IMG/VR virus record: IMGVR_UViG_3300017655_000007
Location: 1 to 45,135 of that record
Length of the DNA: 45,135 nucleotides
Direction: 5' to 3' (one strand)
From: a virus
Lineage: Duplodnaviria > Caudoviricetes
In this document: positions 9,728 through 18,723 of the stretch, piece after piece
Numbering within the stretch: the stretch's first letter is position 1
Layout of the letters: each line of letters starts with the position of its first letter
Made by a program: the position numbers and the translations under genes
Notes under the pieces: model-generated
What the model was told of the DNA's origin: nothing
Databases searched by the model: none
Seen by the model: only the letters and a program-made list of their open reading frames with translations

Positions 9728-10210
9728 TCAAAGGTATGTCAGCCCTGGGGCAAAATCGGTGGTGTAGCGGAACCTGTTCCACATCATGTTGATCAGGTCG
9801 TAATAGCCGGCCTCGATCTGGATCGTAGGTCCATCCATGGTCCCGCCGAACGATGTCATCCGGTATGGCCTGTCAGCGGGCTCGCCGGGAATGCTGTACA
9901 GGTACTCGCGGTAAACGATGGTGACCCTAGCCTCGGCTTCGAGTGATGCATCGATCAGTTGCTGCGCTTCACCCGTTACGTTGTCGATGACGAAGGTCAG
10001 CGTCTGTGCCCCGCTGTTGTCCTTGGCTGGCAAAGCCACGTCGATGGCCGAGGCCAGGAACGTGACTGTTTTGCCGGCTTCGGTCGTGGCCCGTAAGTCT
10101 TCGAAGTCCTGCACTAGGTAAAGCGTCTTGTCCCAGGCGGGGCAGGAAATCTCCAGCGTGGGGACGATGTCATCCCCTCCTGAGGCATAAACAATTTCCA
10201 GTGCCGTCAT
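9728..10210 (-). CDS. Minor tail protein (DUF1833/gpL-like)
   Basis: TLEIS...IDNVTG...RYTTDFAPGL pattern; coupled to the tape measure gene. Confidence 0.8.
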   Translation of the reverse strand: MTALEIVYASGGDDIVPTLEISCPAWDKTLYLVQDFEDLRATTEAGKTVTFLASAIDVALPAKDNSGAQTLTFVIDNVTGEAQQLIDASLEAEARVTIVYREYLYSIPGEPADRPYRMTSFGGTMDGPTIQIEAGYYDLINMMWNRFRYTTDFAPGLTYL

Positions 10211-12651
10211 TTCGGGTCCCTCCTAAGTCCGTAGGCTGCACCGGCTGCCCGACTCACCTTGCCTGTACCGCGGGCGAATCCGCTGGCGATCCTGTCCTCA
10301 GCAGCGTCAAGGATTACTGCCAATTCGCCTTCGGACATCTCCCGGCGAGCACGAACCGGAGGCGCGTTGTTGATGATCTTCAGCGCCCCAGGCTGGGTCG
10401 AGTTTTTCGCCACGCTATCCAATGTGCGGTCAAGCTTCGCGCTGGTTTCGGCGGTGGTAACCCGTTCGCCCTTCTTCAAGTTCCAGGTGCCATCAGCCGG
10501 CACGTAATCAATGCCGTCGTGCGCCTGGCCATCCAGTGAGGCGCCAACAGCGGACATCAGCACACCAGCGGCGCCGGCGGCGGCGATTGCAGCACCAGGT
10601 GCAATCGCTGGACCCACGAAGGGAACACCGATCATGGAAACGAAGGCGTTCAGGGCAGCCATGGCTACCTGCGCGGCGGCGAAGGATAGAAGCGCATTGC
10701 CCATGGATTGAATGAACGTTGAGGCGAAGCCCTCGATATCGAGCTTTCCGGTCTCGGCCCACTCGGTTACAGCATCCGTCAGGTTGGCCAAGGTATCGGC
10801 GCCGACCTGCTGCATGCTGCCGTAAAGGTCCATCGTGGCTTCGGCCTGGGTGGCAAAGCCGCTGAGGAAGCCGGCCGCGCCGTTCAGCTGCAGCTTGTCG
10901 ACATCTTCGTAGTACTTCTCCTGCATGGCCCGGCGTTTTTCCAAGGCTTTTTCGAGGATGTCGTTCTCGCGTTCGTACGCCGAATCCGACACGTCGCCGG
11001 CTTCATGCCGCTGACGAAGATCCTCAAGCTGGTCTTGGTAGTCCTGCTCGATCGCCAGCAGATCCAGCGCCCGCTGCTTCATCTCGTCGCTGCTATAGGC
11101 GTTCAGCAATGGCGCGTCCAGTGCGCGCTGGTCAATGTCCAGCTGCCTCTTCACGCTGGCATCAAACCCGGCGACCGCCTTGTCATCCTCCTTGGCCTGC
11201 TTCAGCTTTTTCAGTTGGTCCAGTTCGGCGGCCAGGCCTTTCAAGCGCTCCTGCTGCTTGACGCTCAGCCCCGTGAGGTTGCCCGATTCCAGTTCGAACT
11301 GAAGCTTGGCGACCTCGGTGGCCTCCTTGCGCTTGTCGGTCTCCGTATTGATCAGCGCAATCTGCCGCTTGTAGCCCTCCTCGGCTGTGTCGAACTGGCC
11401 CTGCAGCTTCTTGGCTGCTGCTTCGGCTGCTTTGGCGGCTGCTTGCTGATCAGGAGTTGTTGGCGTAAACGTCCCAGGGGGTGTAATTGTTCCAAGCTCA
11501 GCTGCTGCTTTTTTCGCATCAATCACGTACTGGCGGATTGCGTCACCAGCCCAAGGCTTGTCGAACTCTTTCATCAAATCTATGACGATTGAGTTCGCCG
11601 TAGTCATGTTGTCCACAGCATCGCCTGTTAATTTCGCAGCATCTGCTTTGAAATTTTTTGACATGTCTCCGAACGTGATAGCGCCAAGAATCTTGTTACC
11701 AGCGGCGCCGAGTTGCTGAATATAACTGAAAGTAGTTGCGAACCCTGAAGCAATAACTCCAGCGACAACTTTAAATGTTCTTCCAAGACCGTCTGCCAAA
11801 GTGGCGGTAACCGCGACAACTTCAACTAGGTCGTTGGCGAGCTCCTTGACCTTTTTCTGAAGCCCTCCAGCATTAGAGGTGGTATCAGTCAGATCTTTAG
11901 AGAACTGCGCCAACACGGGCATCAGCTCAGCAGCAAGAGCGGTTTTAACCGATCCTAGATATGTCCCTAAAACAGTAAGCTCTGTGCTGAACTGCTTCGC
12001 CGCCAGAATGGTTTTTTCGTCCATTACAGCGCCGGCTGCCTCTGCTGCGTCACCATACTTCCTGAATCCCTCAGCATTATTCCGCAGCAGCGGCAGCAGG
12101 GCCGTTGCATCACTAGCGATCGCTTCGAGGTAGAAGGTCATGTCAGACTGACTGACTTTTGCTTTCTCTAGGCTGGACACGTAAAGACCCAGAGCCTGGC
12201 TACCGCTGAGGTTCTTGAACTGATCCGCCGTGACTCCGACTTTAGGAGCAATCTGCTCAAAAAAATCAGCCATGCCACCGCCGCCGGTGTTTAAAAAGTC
12301 ACCGACCTTGTCATTCACATCCTTGAGAATGTCAGCAAGCTTGTCTTGTTCAATCCCTACAGTCTTGGCGCCCACCGCCATCTTCTGGAAATCAGTGACG
12401 CTGACGTTTGCGACTGCTGCCAGATTAACTATTTCAGACGCCGAATTGACAGCAGAAATGGTCATTGCCGTCAAAGCCGTAATGCCAGTGGCGATTCCAG
12501 AACCTATGGCAGTACCAACTGCCTTTGCACTATTCTCAACCTCTCTTCGCCATTTTGCGGAACTGCGCTCCGCCTTGTCCATGCCGGCAACAAAACCGCC
12601 TACCTGCGCAATGACGTCCAGAGTCAAAGTGCCTAATGATCTTGAGGCCAT
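10207..12651 (-). CDS. Tail tape measure protein, 814 aa
   Basis: MASRSLGTLTLD start, long Ala-rich helical body, TM segment, AHDG..GERV C-terminal motif. Confidence 0.93.
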   Translation of the reverse strand: MASRSLGTLTLDVIAQVGGFVAGMDKAERSSAKWRREVENSAKAVGTAIGSGIATGITALTAMTISAVNSASEIVNLAAVANVSVTDFQKMAVGAKTVGIEQDKLADILKDVNDKVGDFLNTGGGGMADFFEQIAPKVGVTADQFKNLSGSQALGLYVSSLEKAKVSQSDMTFYLEAIASDATALLPLLRNNAEGFRKYGDAAEAAGAVMDEKTILAAKQFSTELTVLGTYLGSVKTALAAELMPVLAQFSKDLTDTTSNAGGLQKKVKELANDLVEVVAVTATLADGLGRTFKVVAGVIASGFATTFSYIQQLGAAGNKILGAITFGDMSKNFKADAAKLTGDAVDNMTTANSIVIDLMKEFDKPWAGDAIRQYVIDAKKAAAELGTITPPGTFTPTTPDQQAAAKAAEAAAKKLQGQFDTAEEGYKRQIALINTETDKRKEATEVAKLQFELESGNLTGLSVKQQERLKGLAAELDQLKKLKQAKEDDKAVAGFDASVKRQLDIDQRALDAPLLNAYSSDEMKQRALDLLAIEQDYQDQLEDLRQRHEAGDVSDSAYERENDILEKALEKRRAMQEKYYEDVDKLQLNGAAGFLSGFATQAEATMDLYGSMQQVGADTLANLTDAVTEWAETGKLDIEGFASTFIQSMGNALLSFAAAQVAMAALNAFVSMIGVPFVGPAIAPGAAIAAAGAAGVLMSAVGASLDGQAHDGIDYVPADGTWNLKKGERVTTAETSAKLDRTLDSVAKNSTQPGALKIINNAPPVRARREMSEGELAVILDAAEDRIASGFARGTGKVSRAAGAAYGLRRDPK

Positions 12652-12665
12652 CTTTTTCTCCGGGC

Positions 12666-12689
12666 AAAAAAAAAGCCCGCAGAGCGGGC
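12666..12689 (-). terminator. Rho-independent terminator after the superinfection-immunity moron
   Basis: GCCCGC-TCT-GCGGGC hairpin followed by a T run on the minus strand. Confidence 0.75.
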
Positions 12690-12707
12690 GCATTGTCAAT
12701 TGTGTGT

Positions 12708-13058
12708 CTATCGACTGAGTAGCTTAGTTTTCTCCGCTTCAAATTCTTCAGCGGTGAGAAGCCCGCGCTCTCTCAGTTCGGCTAATTTTTCAAGCTTCTG
12801 GTATGGGTCTGCTGTTTCAGAGCGAGGTGCCGTCAAATCGCTCGGTTCGACGGGGGCCTGCCTTCTTATCGAAGAGACCGACCAAATTAAAGCCGCAAGC
12901 CAACCGATGCCAGTCCACCCAAGAAATAGGTTCAGCAGAAAGACTGGTGCTTTGTTGTGATGGCCCCGCAACCAGGCAACGATGAACGGCAGAAAGTACA
13001 ACGCTACCACCATGCCCTTCATTACGTTGCTCTGCAATGCACCTGCATCGACGACCAT
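12708..13058 (-). CDS. Superinfection immunity protein (T4 Imm-like) with C-terminal SHOCT domain
   Basis: YFLPFIVAWLRGH..LLNLFLGWTGIGWLAALIW; LEKLAELRERGLLTAEEFEAEKTKLL. Confidence 0.9.
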   Translation of the reverse strand: MVVDAGALQSNVMKGMVVALYFLPFIVAWLRGHHNKAPVFLLNLFLGWTGIGWLAALIWSVSSIRRQAPVEPSDLTAPRSETADPYQKLEKLAELRERGLLTAEEFEAEKTKLLSR

Positions 13059-13131
13059 GATCCTGAACTCCGTGTAAATCTGGACAATCTAACATATCAC
13101 CGAAGTGACAACCCTGATGCGGGCTGCAAGG

Positions 13132-13455
13132 CTATGCCCACGAAGCAATAGCCTCTTCCAGGGAGATCGGTTCGTCCTCATCCTCATGCAGCGCGAAATC
13201 CTTCCATGTGTAGGGCGCCGGACGCTTCTGCTGGTCACGGTGAAGGTTGGCTGTCAGCGCCGCCAGCATGGCTACCGAGCGCTCAACCCGCAGGCCAAGA
13301 TGCAGTGACCCGCGGCGCCTTCGGTACTTCACCCAGGACCTGAACTCACTCAGGCTCAGGTTTTCCTTGGCTTGCGCGATCGTCGAGCCCCCGACGCCGG
13401 AGAGGACGAGTTCGTGCCAGACTTCGTCTCGCTCGGTGAGCTCTTCGTCTTTCCC
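13132..13455 (-). CDS. Tail assembly chaperone T domain, expressed by -1 frameshift (gpGT)
   Basis: The -1 frame is open from slippery GGGAAAG (13449-13455) to 13132: GKDEELTERDEVWHELVLSGVGG...IASWA. Confidence 0.85.
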   Translation of the reverse strand, partial: GKDEELTERDEVWHELVLSGVGGSTIAQAKENLSLSEFRSWVKYRRRRGSLHLGLRVERSVAMLAALTANLHRDQQKRPAPYTWKDFALHEDEDEPISLEEAIASWA

Positions 13456-13826
13456 AAATCGTTTACCTCTTGGATAGCGAACAGCAGGGCGACGGTCAGG
13501 GCACCGTCAAGCGAACCCAGGCGCTTGGTGCTCTCCGGGTCCTTTTCCAGTTCAACTGGATCAAGCGGACCGTGAGTGATATCCAGTGAGCTGTCGAACA
13601 CCGGGTTGCCGTGCTCGTCACAGATAGACGCGGCAATGCGGCCTGCAATGCTGTCTTGCCTGCCGGTAGCGGAAAGCACATCGCTCACCGCCGTCTGGTA
13701 GCCCATCGGCCGCACATACACCGTGGCGGTGTAATCTGTCCCGTCCTGACGCCACTTGATTTCTTTTTCCACCGGGCGCCCAGTGAATGACCCCGCGCCC
13801 TTGAGCGCATCGAGTGTCAGTTTCAT
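13356..13826 (-). CDS. Tail assembly chaperone G
   Basis: Between tail tube and tape measure; contains the lambda-type slippery site. Confidence 0.88.
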   Translation of the reverse strand: MKLTLDALKGAGSFTGRPVEKEIKWRQDGTDYTATVYVRPMGYQTAVSDVLSATGRQDSIAGRIAASICDEHGNPVFDSSLDITHGPLDPVELEKDPESTKRLGSLDGALTVALLFAIQEVNDLGKTKSSPSETKSGTNSSSPASGARRSRKPRKT

Positions 13827-13834
13827 GCTTTACC

Positions 13835-14569
13835 TCAGGCGTTGGTGGTCTTGCGAATCCAGGCGGAGCCGCCGGAACGCTGTATGGTGGCAGCAGTGGT
13901 CACCGCCGCGTTCGCCGCGAAATCGAACGGGAAGTCAGAGACGTAGCCGTCGAACAAGAACCAAGTTCGGGTCGAAGGCAACACGAAGTCATCCGCGTCG
14001 CCCAGGATCGCCGAAGCTGCTGCGCCGGTACCGGAGCCACCGGTGAGCGTGATACTCGGCTTGCTGGTGTAGCCGGATCCGGCATTGGTGATGTTGAAGC
14101 CAATCACTTTGCCGTCCTCGATGATCGCGGTTGCAGCAGCGCCGGTACCGCCGCCACCAGAGAACGCAACGGTAGGCGCCGAGGTATAGCCGGAACCGCC
14201 GCTGGTTAATTCGATGGCCGAAATTGCGCCGGCGACGCCAACAGTCGGCTTGATATCCTTGCCATCCGACCAGCCCACCACCCAACGAATGCTCTCGATG
14301 GTGTCATCCTCGGATATCTGGTGGAGGCGCACGTGGGACGGGTTGCGCGGGTCGACATTGAGTGTCAGCGAAGCCTGGCCTGGCGTGCGCAGGCCGCGCA
14401 GATACTTACGGACCGTGTCGCTGAGGCAGGTCACCTCAACCTGGTCAGCCGGGTTGCCGCCCGGGTTGAACGCCGTTGCACACTCGATTTCGATAACTTC
14501 GAACTCGGACGGGTTACCAACTTTGGGCACCAGGGCGTAGATCTGGGTGCCTTGAGCGAGAATCGCCAT
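13835..14569 (-). CDS. Major tail tube protein
   Basis: [14 protein letters not shown] motif, [15 protein letters not shown]; internal Gly-rich duplicated insert. Confidence 0.9.
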   Translation of the reverse strand: MAILAQGTQIYALVPKVGNPSEFEVIEIECATAFNPGGNPADQVEVTCLSDTVRKYLRGLRTPGQASLTLNVDPRNPSHVRLHQISEDDTIESIRWVVGWSDGKDIKPTVGVAGAISAIELTSGGSGYTSAPTVAFSGGGGTGAAATAIIEDGKVIGFNITNAGSGYTSKPSITLTGGSGTGAAASAILGDADDFVLPSTRTWFLFDGYVSDFPFDFAANAAVTTAATIQRSGGSAWIRKTTNA

Positions 14570-14634
14570 GGGTCTCTCCAATTGCGGGCAAAAGAAAACC
14601 CGCACTGGGCGGGCTATTGGGGTTTGTGGCAGCT

Positions 14635-15003
14635 CTACCGGTGAACCATCCAGTCCACGTCGAAGCTGGCTCGGTAATTCTTCGTCTCTGGATCGCGACC
14701 TTCGACACCCCAGCGGGTGACGTAGGCGTCCAGCTCAACCGCATCACGGATCGCGTCACGAACCTTTCGGGCAGAATCGCCGGTCGCGGCGTAGACATCG
14801 ACCTGCAGGGTGACGCTGTCTAGATCCGGGCGGCCAGCCAGATAGTTCTCGGGGCTGCCGCTGACGATCTGCCAAACAGCGTATGGCTTGGTCACGCCCT
14901 GCTCCGCTTCGCCAAACGAGTAGAGGCGCATGTCAGTCCCGGCGCCGAGCAGCGCGGTAACGGCAGGGCTCTGGAGGCAGGCCTGTACGATGGGTGGTGT
15001 CAT
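14635..15003 (-). CDS. Tail terminator (DUF3168-type)
   Basis: PYAVWQ and LQVDVYA motifs; canonical position. Confidence 0.85.
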   Translation of the reverse strand: MTPPIVQACLQSPAVTALLGAGTDMRLYSFGEAEQGVTKPYAVWQIVSGSPENYLAGRPDLDSVTLQVDVYAATGDSARKVRDAIRDAVELDAYVTRWGVEGRDPETKNYRASFDVDWMVHR

Positions 15004-15485
15004 GAGCCTGTCGCCTTCTTCGCTGCGCGCCGAATGGCACGGTCGATTGCCTTCTCGTACTCGGTGACGAAGGTGTTAGTCACCTCGCTGATGCTGTCGG
15101 CCAGGGCCGGGCGCATGAATGGTGCTGCGGGCATCTTCTCGGTACCGAACTCGATCAGGCGCCAATGAGGCGTCGGTGCGTTCGAGCTGAGATCTCCGCC
15201 ATCCTTGAGCACAGCGCCGTGCAGGACACCGATCCTGAAGCCCAAATCACCCGTACGCTTGAAAAGCCGCCCATTCCAGCGAATCGCGATGTTGTCCGAG
15301 ATCGATCGTCCAGTGGCCTTGTCGTCGATGCGTTCAGCACCTGCCTTAGCCTTCTGCACCACCACCTGGGCAGCCTTTCGAAGCGCGGCCCGGCCCCCCT
15401 TGCGGCGAACATCAACGCTGACCTCCGATAACTTTCCCAGCAGGCTGTCCAAGCCAAGAATGCTGAAATCGACACCGTCAGCCAT
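15000..15485 (-). CDS. HK97 gp10-family tail completion protein
   Basis: IEFGTEKMPAAPFMRPA. Confidence 0.9.
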   Translation of the reverse strand: MADGVDFSILGLDSLLGKLSEVSVDVRRKGGRAALRKAAQVVVQKAKAGAERIDDKATGRSISDNIAIRWNGRLFKRTGDLGFRIGVLHGAVLKDGGDLSSNAPTPHWRLIEFGTEKMPAAPFMRPALADSISEVTNTFVTEYEKAIDRAIRRAAKKATGS

Positions 15486-15822
15486 CCTTCACCCCCTTTG
15501 AGACCAAGATGGTCAGGTATTCCAGACCGGAGTCGGCGTCTTCAAGCGGAGGACCTTCGATGCTGTAGATCTCGCCTCGATAGACAATGCGCATGGTTGG
15601 CAGCACGCCTGGGCGATAACGGATCACCATACGGGCTGTAGCTTCCGACTGGGCCGCCTGTGCTGCGAGCAGATCACGGGCAGATAATGGCGTAACATCA
15701 GCCCAAGGCTTGGCGAAGGCCTCCCATGCGGGCTCGCCGTACTCCAGCGTCTTAGGGTCGCGTGGAGTGACCTTGTGCTGAATCTCGATTCGGTGCCGCA
15801 GTTTCCCTGCGTGAATGCTCAT
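15478..15822 (-). CDS. Head closure / head-tail adaptor
   Basis: AGKLRHRIEIQ and IRYRPGV..MRI motifs. Confidence 0.9.
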   Translation of the reverse strand: MSIHAGKLRHRIEIQHKVTPRDPKTLEYGEPAWEAFAKPWADVTPLSARDLLAAQAAQSEATARMVIRYRPGVLPTMRIVYRGEIYSIEGPPLEDADSGLEYLTILVSKGVKDG

Positions 15823-16142
15823 GCCAGTGCCGGATCGCGAAGGTGGTATAGGAGCGCGGTGACCGGTTTTGGCAACATGCCAAGTTCGAATTCCCGGTCT
15901 TGGTCGTTATCGCGCTGTTTGTACAGATACCCAAGCATGAGCTTGGTGGCTGCTTTAACCGCGTAGGGAACTTTGCCAGGAATCGCCTCGCCATCAGCAT
16001 CTAGATAGCCGTCGGCAGCTGACTTTAGATAACCTCGGACAAGGTCGCTGGCCTCCAGAACCTTGTCTCGAATGTCATCGTCGTCGGCGTCGTCATCCAC
16101 CCGCAGTTGGAATTTTGCTTGCTCCAAGGTGATAAACATCAT
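15819..16142 (-). CDS. Head-tail connector (gp6-like)
   Basis: ITLEQAKFQLRVD..VKAATKLMLGYLY. Confidence 0.9.
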   Translation of the reverse strand: MMFITLEQAKFQLRVDDDADDDDIRDKVLEASDLVRGYLKSAADGYLDADGEAIPGKVPYAVKAATKLMLGYLYKQRDNDQDREFELGMLPKPVTALLYHLRDPALA

Positions 16143-17083
16143 GATGTCGACACCCCCTTGGTCAGGTCTTTACCATTGGTCCCGTCTTTGCCATCCCTGC
16201 CTCGCTTGACCGCCAGGCGCCACCCCTTGCTGGCGGGCTCTCCCGGCTTGTCGCTGGTCGGATCTTCGCAATGCCAAAGGCTTCCAGCCCATGTGACGGT
16301 GTCCCCGGGCAGATAATCTCCGGGAGAAAACACCCCGCGGTAGATCATCACCGGTAGATCAAGCTTCTTACGTACCTCAGCACCACTGGAAAGCACCAGC
16401 GACAGCTCGAAACCTCGCTCACCAGTCTGTTCGACTACAGCAGAGCCAACCCCCTCAACAATGCACTCCCACCCCTTCATGCCACTGGTTCGCTCGAACG
16501 AGCGCCACAGTCCGCCGAGATGCTTGGCGTAGGTCCCACGCACATAGGACTTCTCGCCGTCTATCTCCGGCAGTATCTCAAGCTGCAGTGCATCACGTCC
16601 GGGCTCGCCGTCTTTCGGAAGAACCAGGCCCTGCATCGCCTTCGCAACCTCTTCGGCAATGACCGGCCGTAGATCTTCCGGTGTAACGCTGGCCCCAGGC
16701 TCTGCTGGTGGAAGCGCGTCGACAGCCTCCTTCACCGCATCAATCAACATCGGGGCAACGTCTTCCAACGTGATAGACACGCCATCCCGGGGGACAGGAA
16801 GCTTGGCAACCTCTTCGGCCACGGCCTGCCGGACCATTTCGGGATCGGCATCCTTACCATTTTCCGGGACTGCGATATGTCGGGCAGCCTCGGCTGCGAT
16901 TTCCTTAGGGTCGAGGATAGGAATTTTGCCGATTGACTCGACGAACTCCCGGCGCAACCCCTCATCCCGTTGATCAATGTCCTTCCCCAGGGCCTCTCGT
17001 AGAGAGGCGATGGCCTTGTCGACATAGCCTTTCAAGACCGGCGCGAGGGCTTTCGCCTGTGCTTCGAGTTCACGCAGATTCAA
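16139..17083 (-). CDS. Virion-associated protein with PxDG repeats (head fibre-like)
   Basis: Repeated P-x-[DN]-G helix units, C-terminal WRLAVKRGRDGKDG; between portal and connector. Confidence 0.65.
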   Translation of the reverse strand: MNLRELEAQAKALAPVLKGYVDKAIASLREALGKDIDQRDEGLRREFVESIGKIPILDPKEIAAEAARHIAVPENGKDADPEMVRQAVAEEVAKLPVPRDGVSITLEDVAPMLIDAVKEAVDALPPAEPGASVTPEDLRPVIAEEVAKAMQGLVLPKDGEPGRDALQLEILPEIDGEKSYVRGTYAKHLGGLWRSFERTSGMKGWECIVEGVGSAVVEQTGERGFELSLVLSSGAEVRKKLDLPVMIYRGVFSPGDYLPGDTVTWAGSLWHCEDPTSDKPGEPASKGWRLAVKRGRDGKDGTNGKDLTKGVSTS

Positions 17084-18437
17084 GATTCAACTCCTTCTCG
17101 ATCAGTAGCGCGAACATCCGCGCCTGGTCATCCAGGCCTTCTGCTGAGGGCTCAGCGGGCTCAGGTGGCGGCAACGCCGGCGCTGTTGGCTGAGTCTTTC
17201 CGAACGGGTCGGCTTGAGCATCGCGCCGGGCGATAGCCGCAAGGCTGTAGTTCTGCTGCTGGATCATGGGCGAGTCACCGCCTTCTACAGGCGCCAGTCC
17301 AGCCCGCTTGCGCGCCTCGTTGGGCTTCATCCAGCCACCGCCAACAGCGTCGTTGTTCGCCTTGTACAAAGTGGGGGTGTCCATGCGCAGCAACCCATCC
17401 AGGTCGAACTCAGTCCCATAGGGCACCGGAAGCTCAAGCCCTTCATCCAGGCACAACTCTGCAGCCTCAATCAGCGACTGAAGGCAATCCGAGTAATACG
17501 CCTGGTTGGATACCTCGGCATTCGCGTTGGACGGCGCGGAGCCGACCCCAACCTTGTAGCCAGGTACATGGAAAGCAGAGCAAACGGTTTCAGCTGACCA
17601 CCGCAACTGCTCAATCAGCTGTGAATCGGCAGCAGAAAGCGCCATGGACTCGTACTTCAAACCATCGCCAAGGACCGCCACTTTGCCGGCGTTGTCCCCG
17701 GAAAAGTTGGCGTCCCAGTGTTCCTTGAGACGTTTGGCTGTGTCCTCGCCAATTGCACCCGGGGCCGTCAGCACACCACCAGGTTTCGATCCGTTCTGGA
17801 AGAACCTGGCCGAGTTGTTCTGGATTGCATTCCCCTGCATGGCAGCAAGCCCGCACGCAAAAATGGGAGATATACCCACCAGCGGGTGGAAAAGGCAGTT
17901 CATCCGGTCATGGATGATCTCGCTTGCCGGAACGGTCAACCCTTCTTCCAGTGTCGATAGGTTGTCCGCCATCAGGCGGTAGAAGACACTCCCGTCATCC
18001 GCGACAAGAGGAACAACGCGGCGTGGATCAAGGACGAACATCTTGATCACCACGCCTCGGCCGTCCCTGATCTTCAGCACGTAGGTGTTGCCACTGGTCA
18101 GCTTCGACAGCACCCAGGTCTCATAGAATTGGATGCGGTTCTGATAGTGGTTAGGACGCTTGATGACCGGCGAGAATGAAGGGCTTGCCGCCTCCTCCCA
18201 AACGCCATCATCGGTCAGCTTCACCAGTTTCAGGCGAAGCTTCGCAATGTCGGATGCAATCAGGGTGATGCAGGCAAATACCGCAGAGAACGCCAAGACA
18301 GTGTCCTGATCTACCTCGACATTTTGCTGCCAGGCACCGGCAAACGCCTCGCGCACCACGCCAAGCCAGCCACCGCGGTTATCAGCCGGTCGCAGGCCCT
18401 TCTCTTCGGACTTCTTGCCCCATTTGAAAAGTCTCAT
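17070..18437 (-). CDS. Portal protein, HK97 family
   Basis: AVFACITLIASDIAKL, GISPI, FFQNGSKPGGVL, NEARKR. Confidence 0.95.
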   Translation of the reverse strand: MRLFKWGKKSEEKGLRPADNRGGWLGVVREAFAGAWQQNVEVDQDTVLAFSAVFACITLIASDIAKLRLKLVKLTDDGVWEEAASPSFSPVIKRPNHYQNRIQFYETWVLSKLTSGNTYVLKIRDGRGVVIKMFVLDPRRVVPLVADDGSVFYRLMADNLSTLEEGLTVPASEIIHDRMNCLFHPLVGISPIFACGLAAMQGNAIQNNSARFFQNGSKPGGVLTAPGAIGEDTAKRLKEHWDANFSGDNAGKVAVLGDGLKYESMALSAADSQLIEQLRWSAETVCSAFHVPGYKVGVGSAPSNANAEVSNQAYYSDCLQSLIEAAELCLDEGLELPVPYGTEFDLDGLLRMDTPTLYKANNDAVGGGWMKPNEARKRAGLAPVEGGDSPMIQQQNYSLAAIARRDAQADPFGKTQPTAPALPPPEPAEPSAEGLDDQARMFALLIEKELNLESA

Positions 18438-18451
18438 CGCGGCTCCACGGG

Positions 18452-18676
18452 TTATTCAGCCTTCATGTCGCGGCGCTTGTAAGTGCGCTTTGCTGGGCCG
18501 CCTGGCCCTTTCTGTCGGCCTTCACCACCGGCATCAGGATCATCGACGCCTTCGGCCAGCTTGGCATTGTTGATTGCCCGCAACAGCCTGACGTCGCGGT
18601 CACGGGCTTCGAAGGAGTCGCCGGCCAGCAGCTGCTTACCGGAGTATCGAAACTCCTTGAGTGCAACCATTTTCAT
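18452..18676 (-). CDS. Small head-associated hypothetical protein
   Basis: ORF with RBS between capsid and portal. Confidence 0.7.
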   Translation of the reverse strand: MKMVALKEFRYSGKQLLAGDSFEARDRDVRLLRAINNAKLAEGVDDPDAGGEGRQKGPGGPAKRTYKRRDMKAE

Positions 18677-18723
18677 GGCTATTTCCTCGCAGAAATGGCC
18701 GGGTTAAACCCGGCCGCGGCGGT

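Noticed and set aside
1853-15822. Tailocin at the mutS locus
   Set aside because: Head, terminase, replication, integrase and att sites are all present, so this is a full prophage
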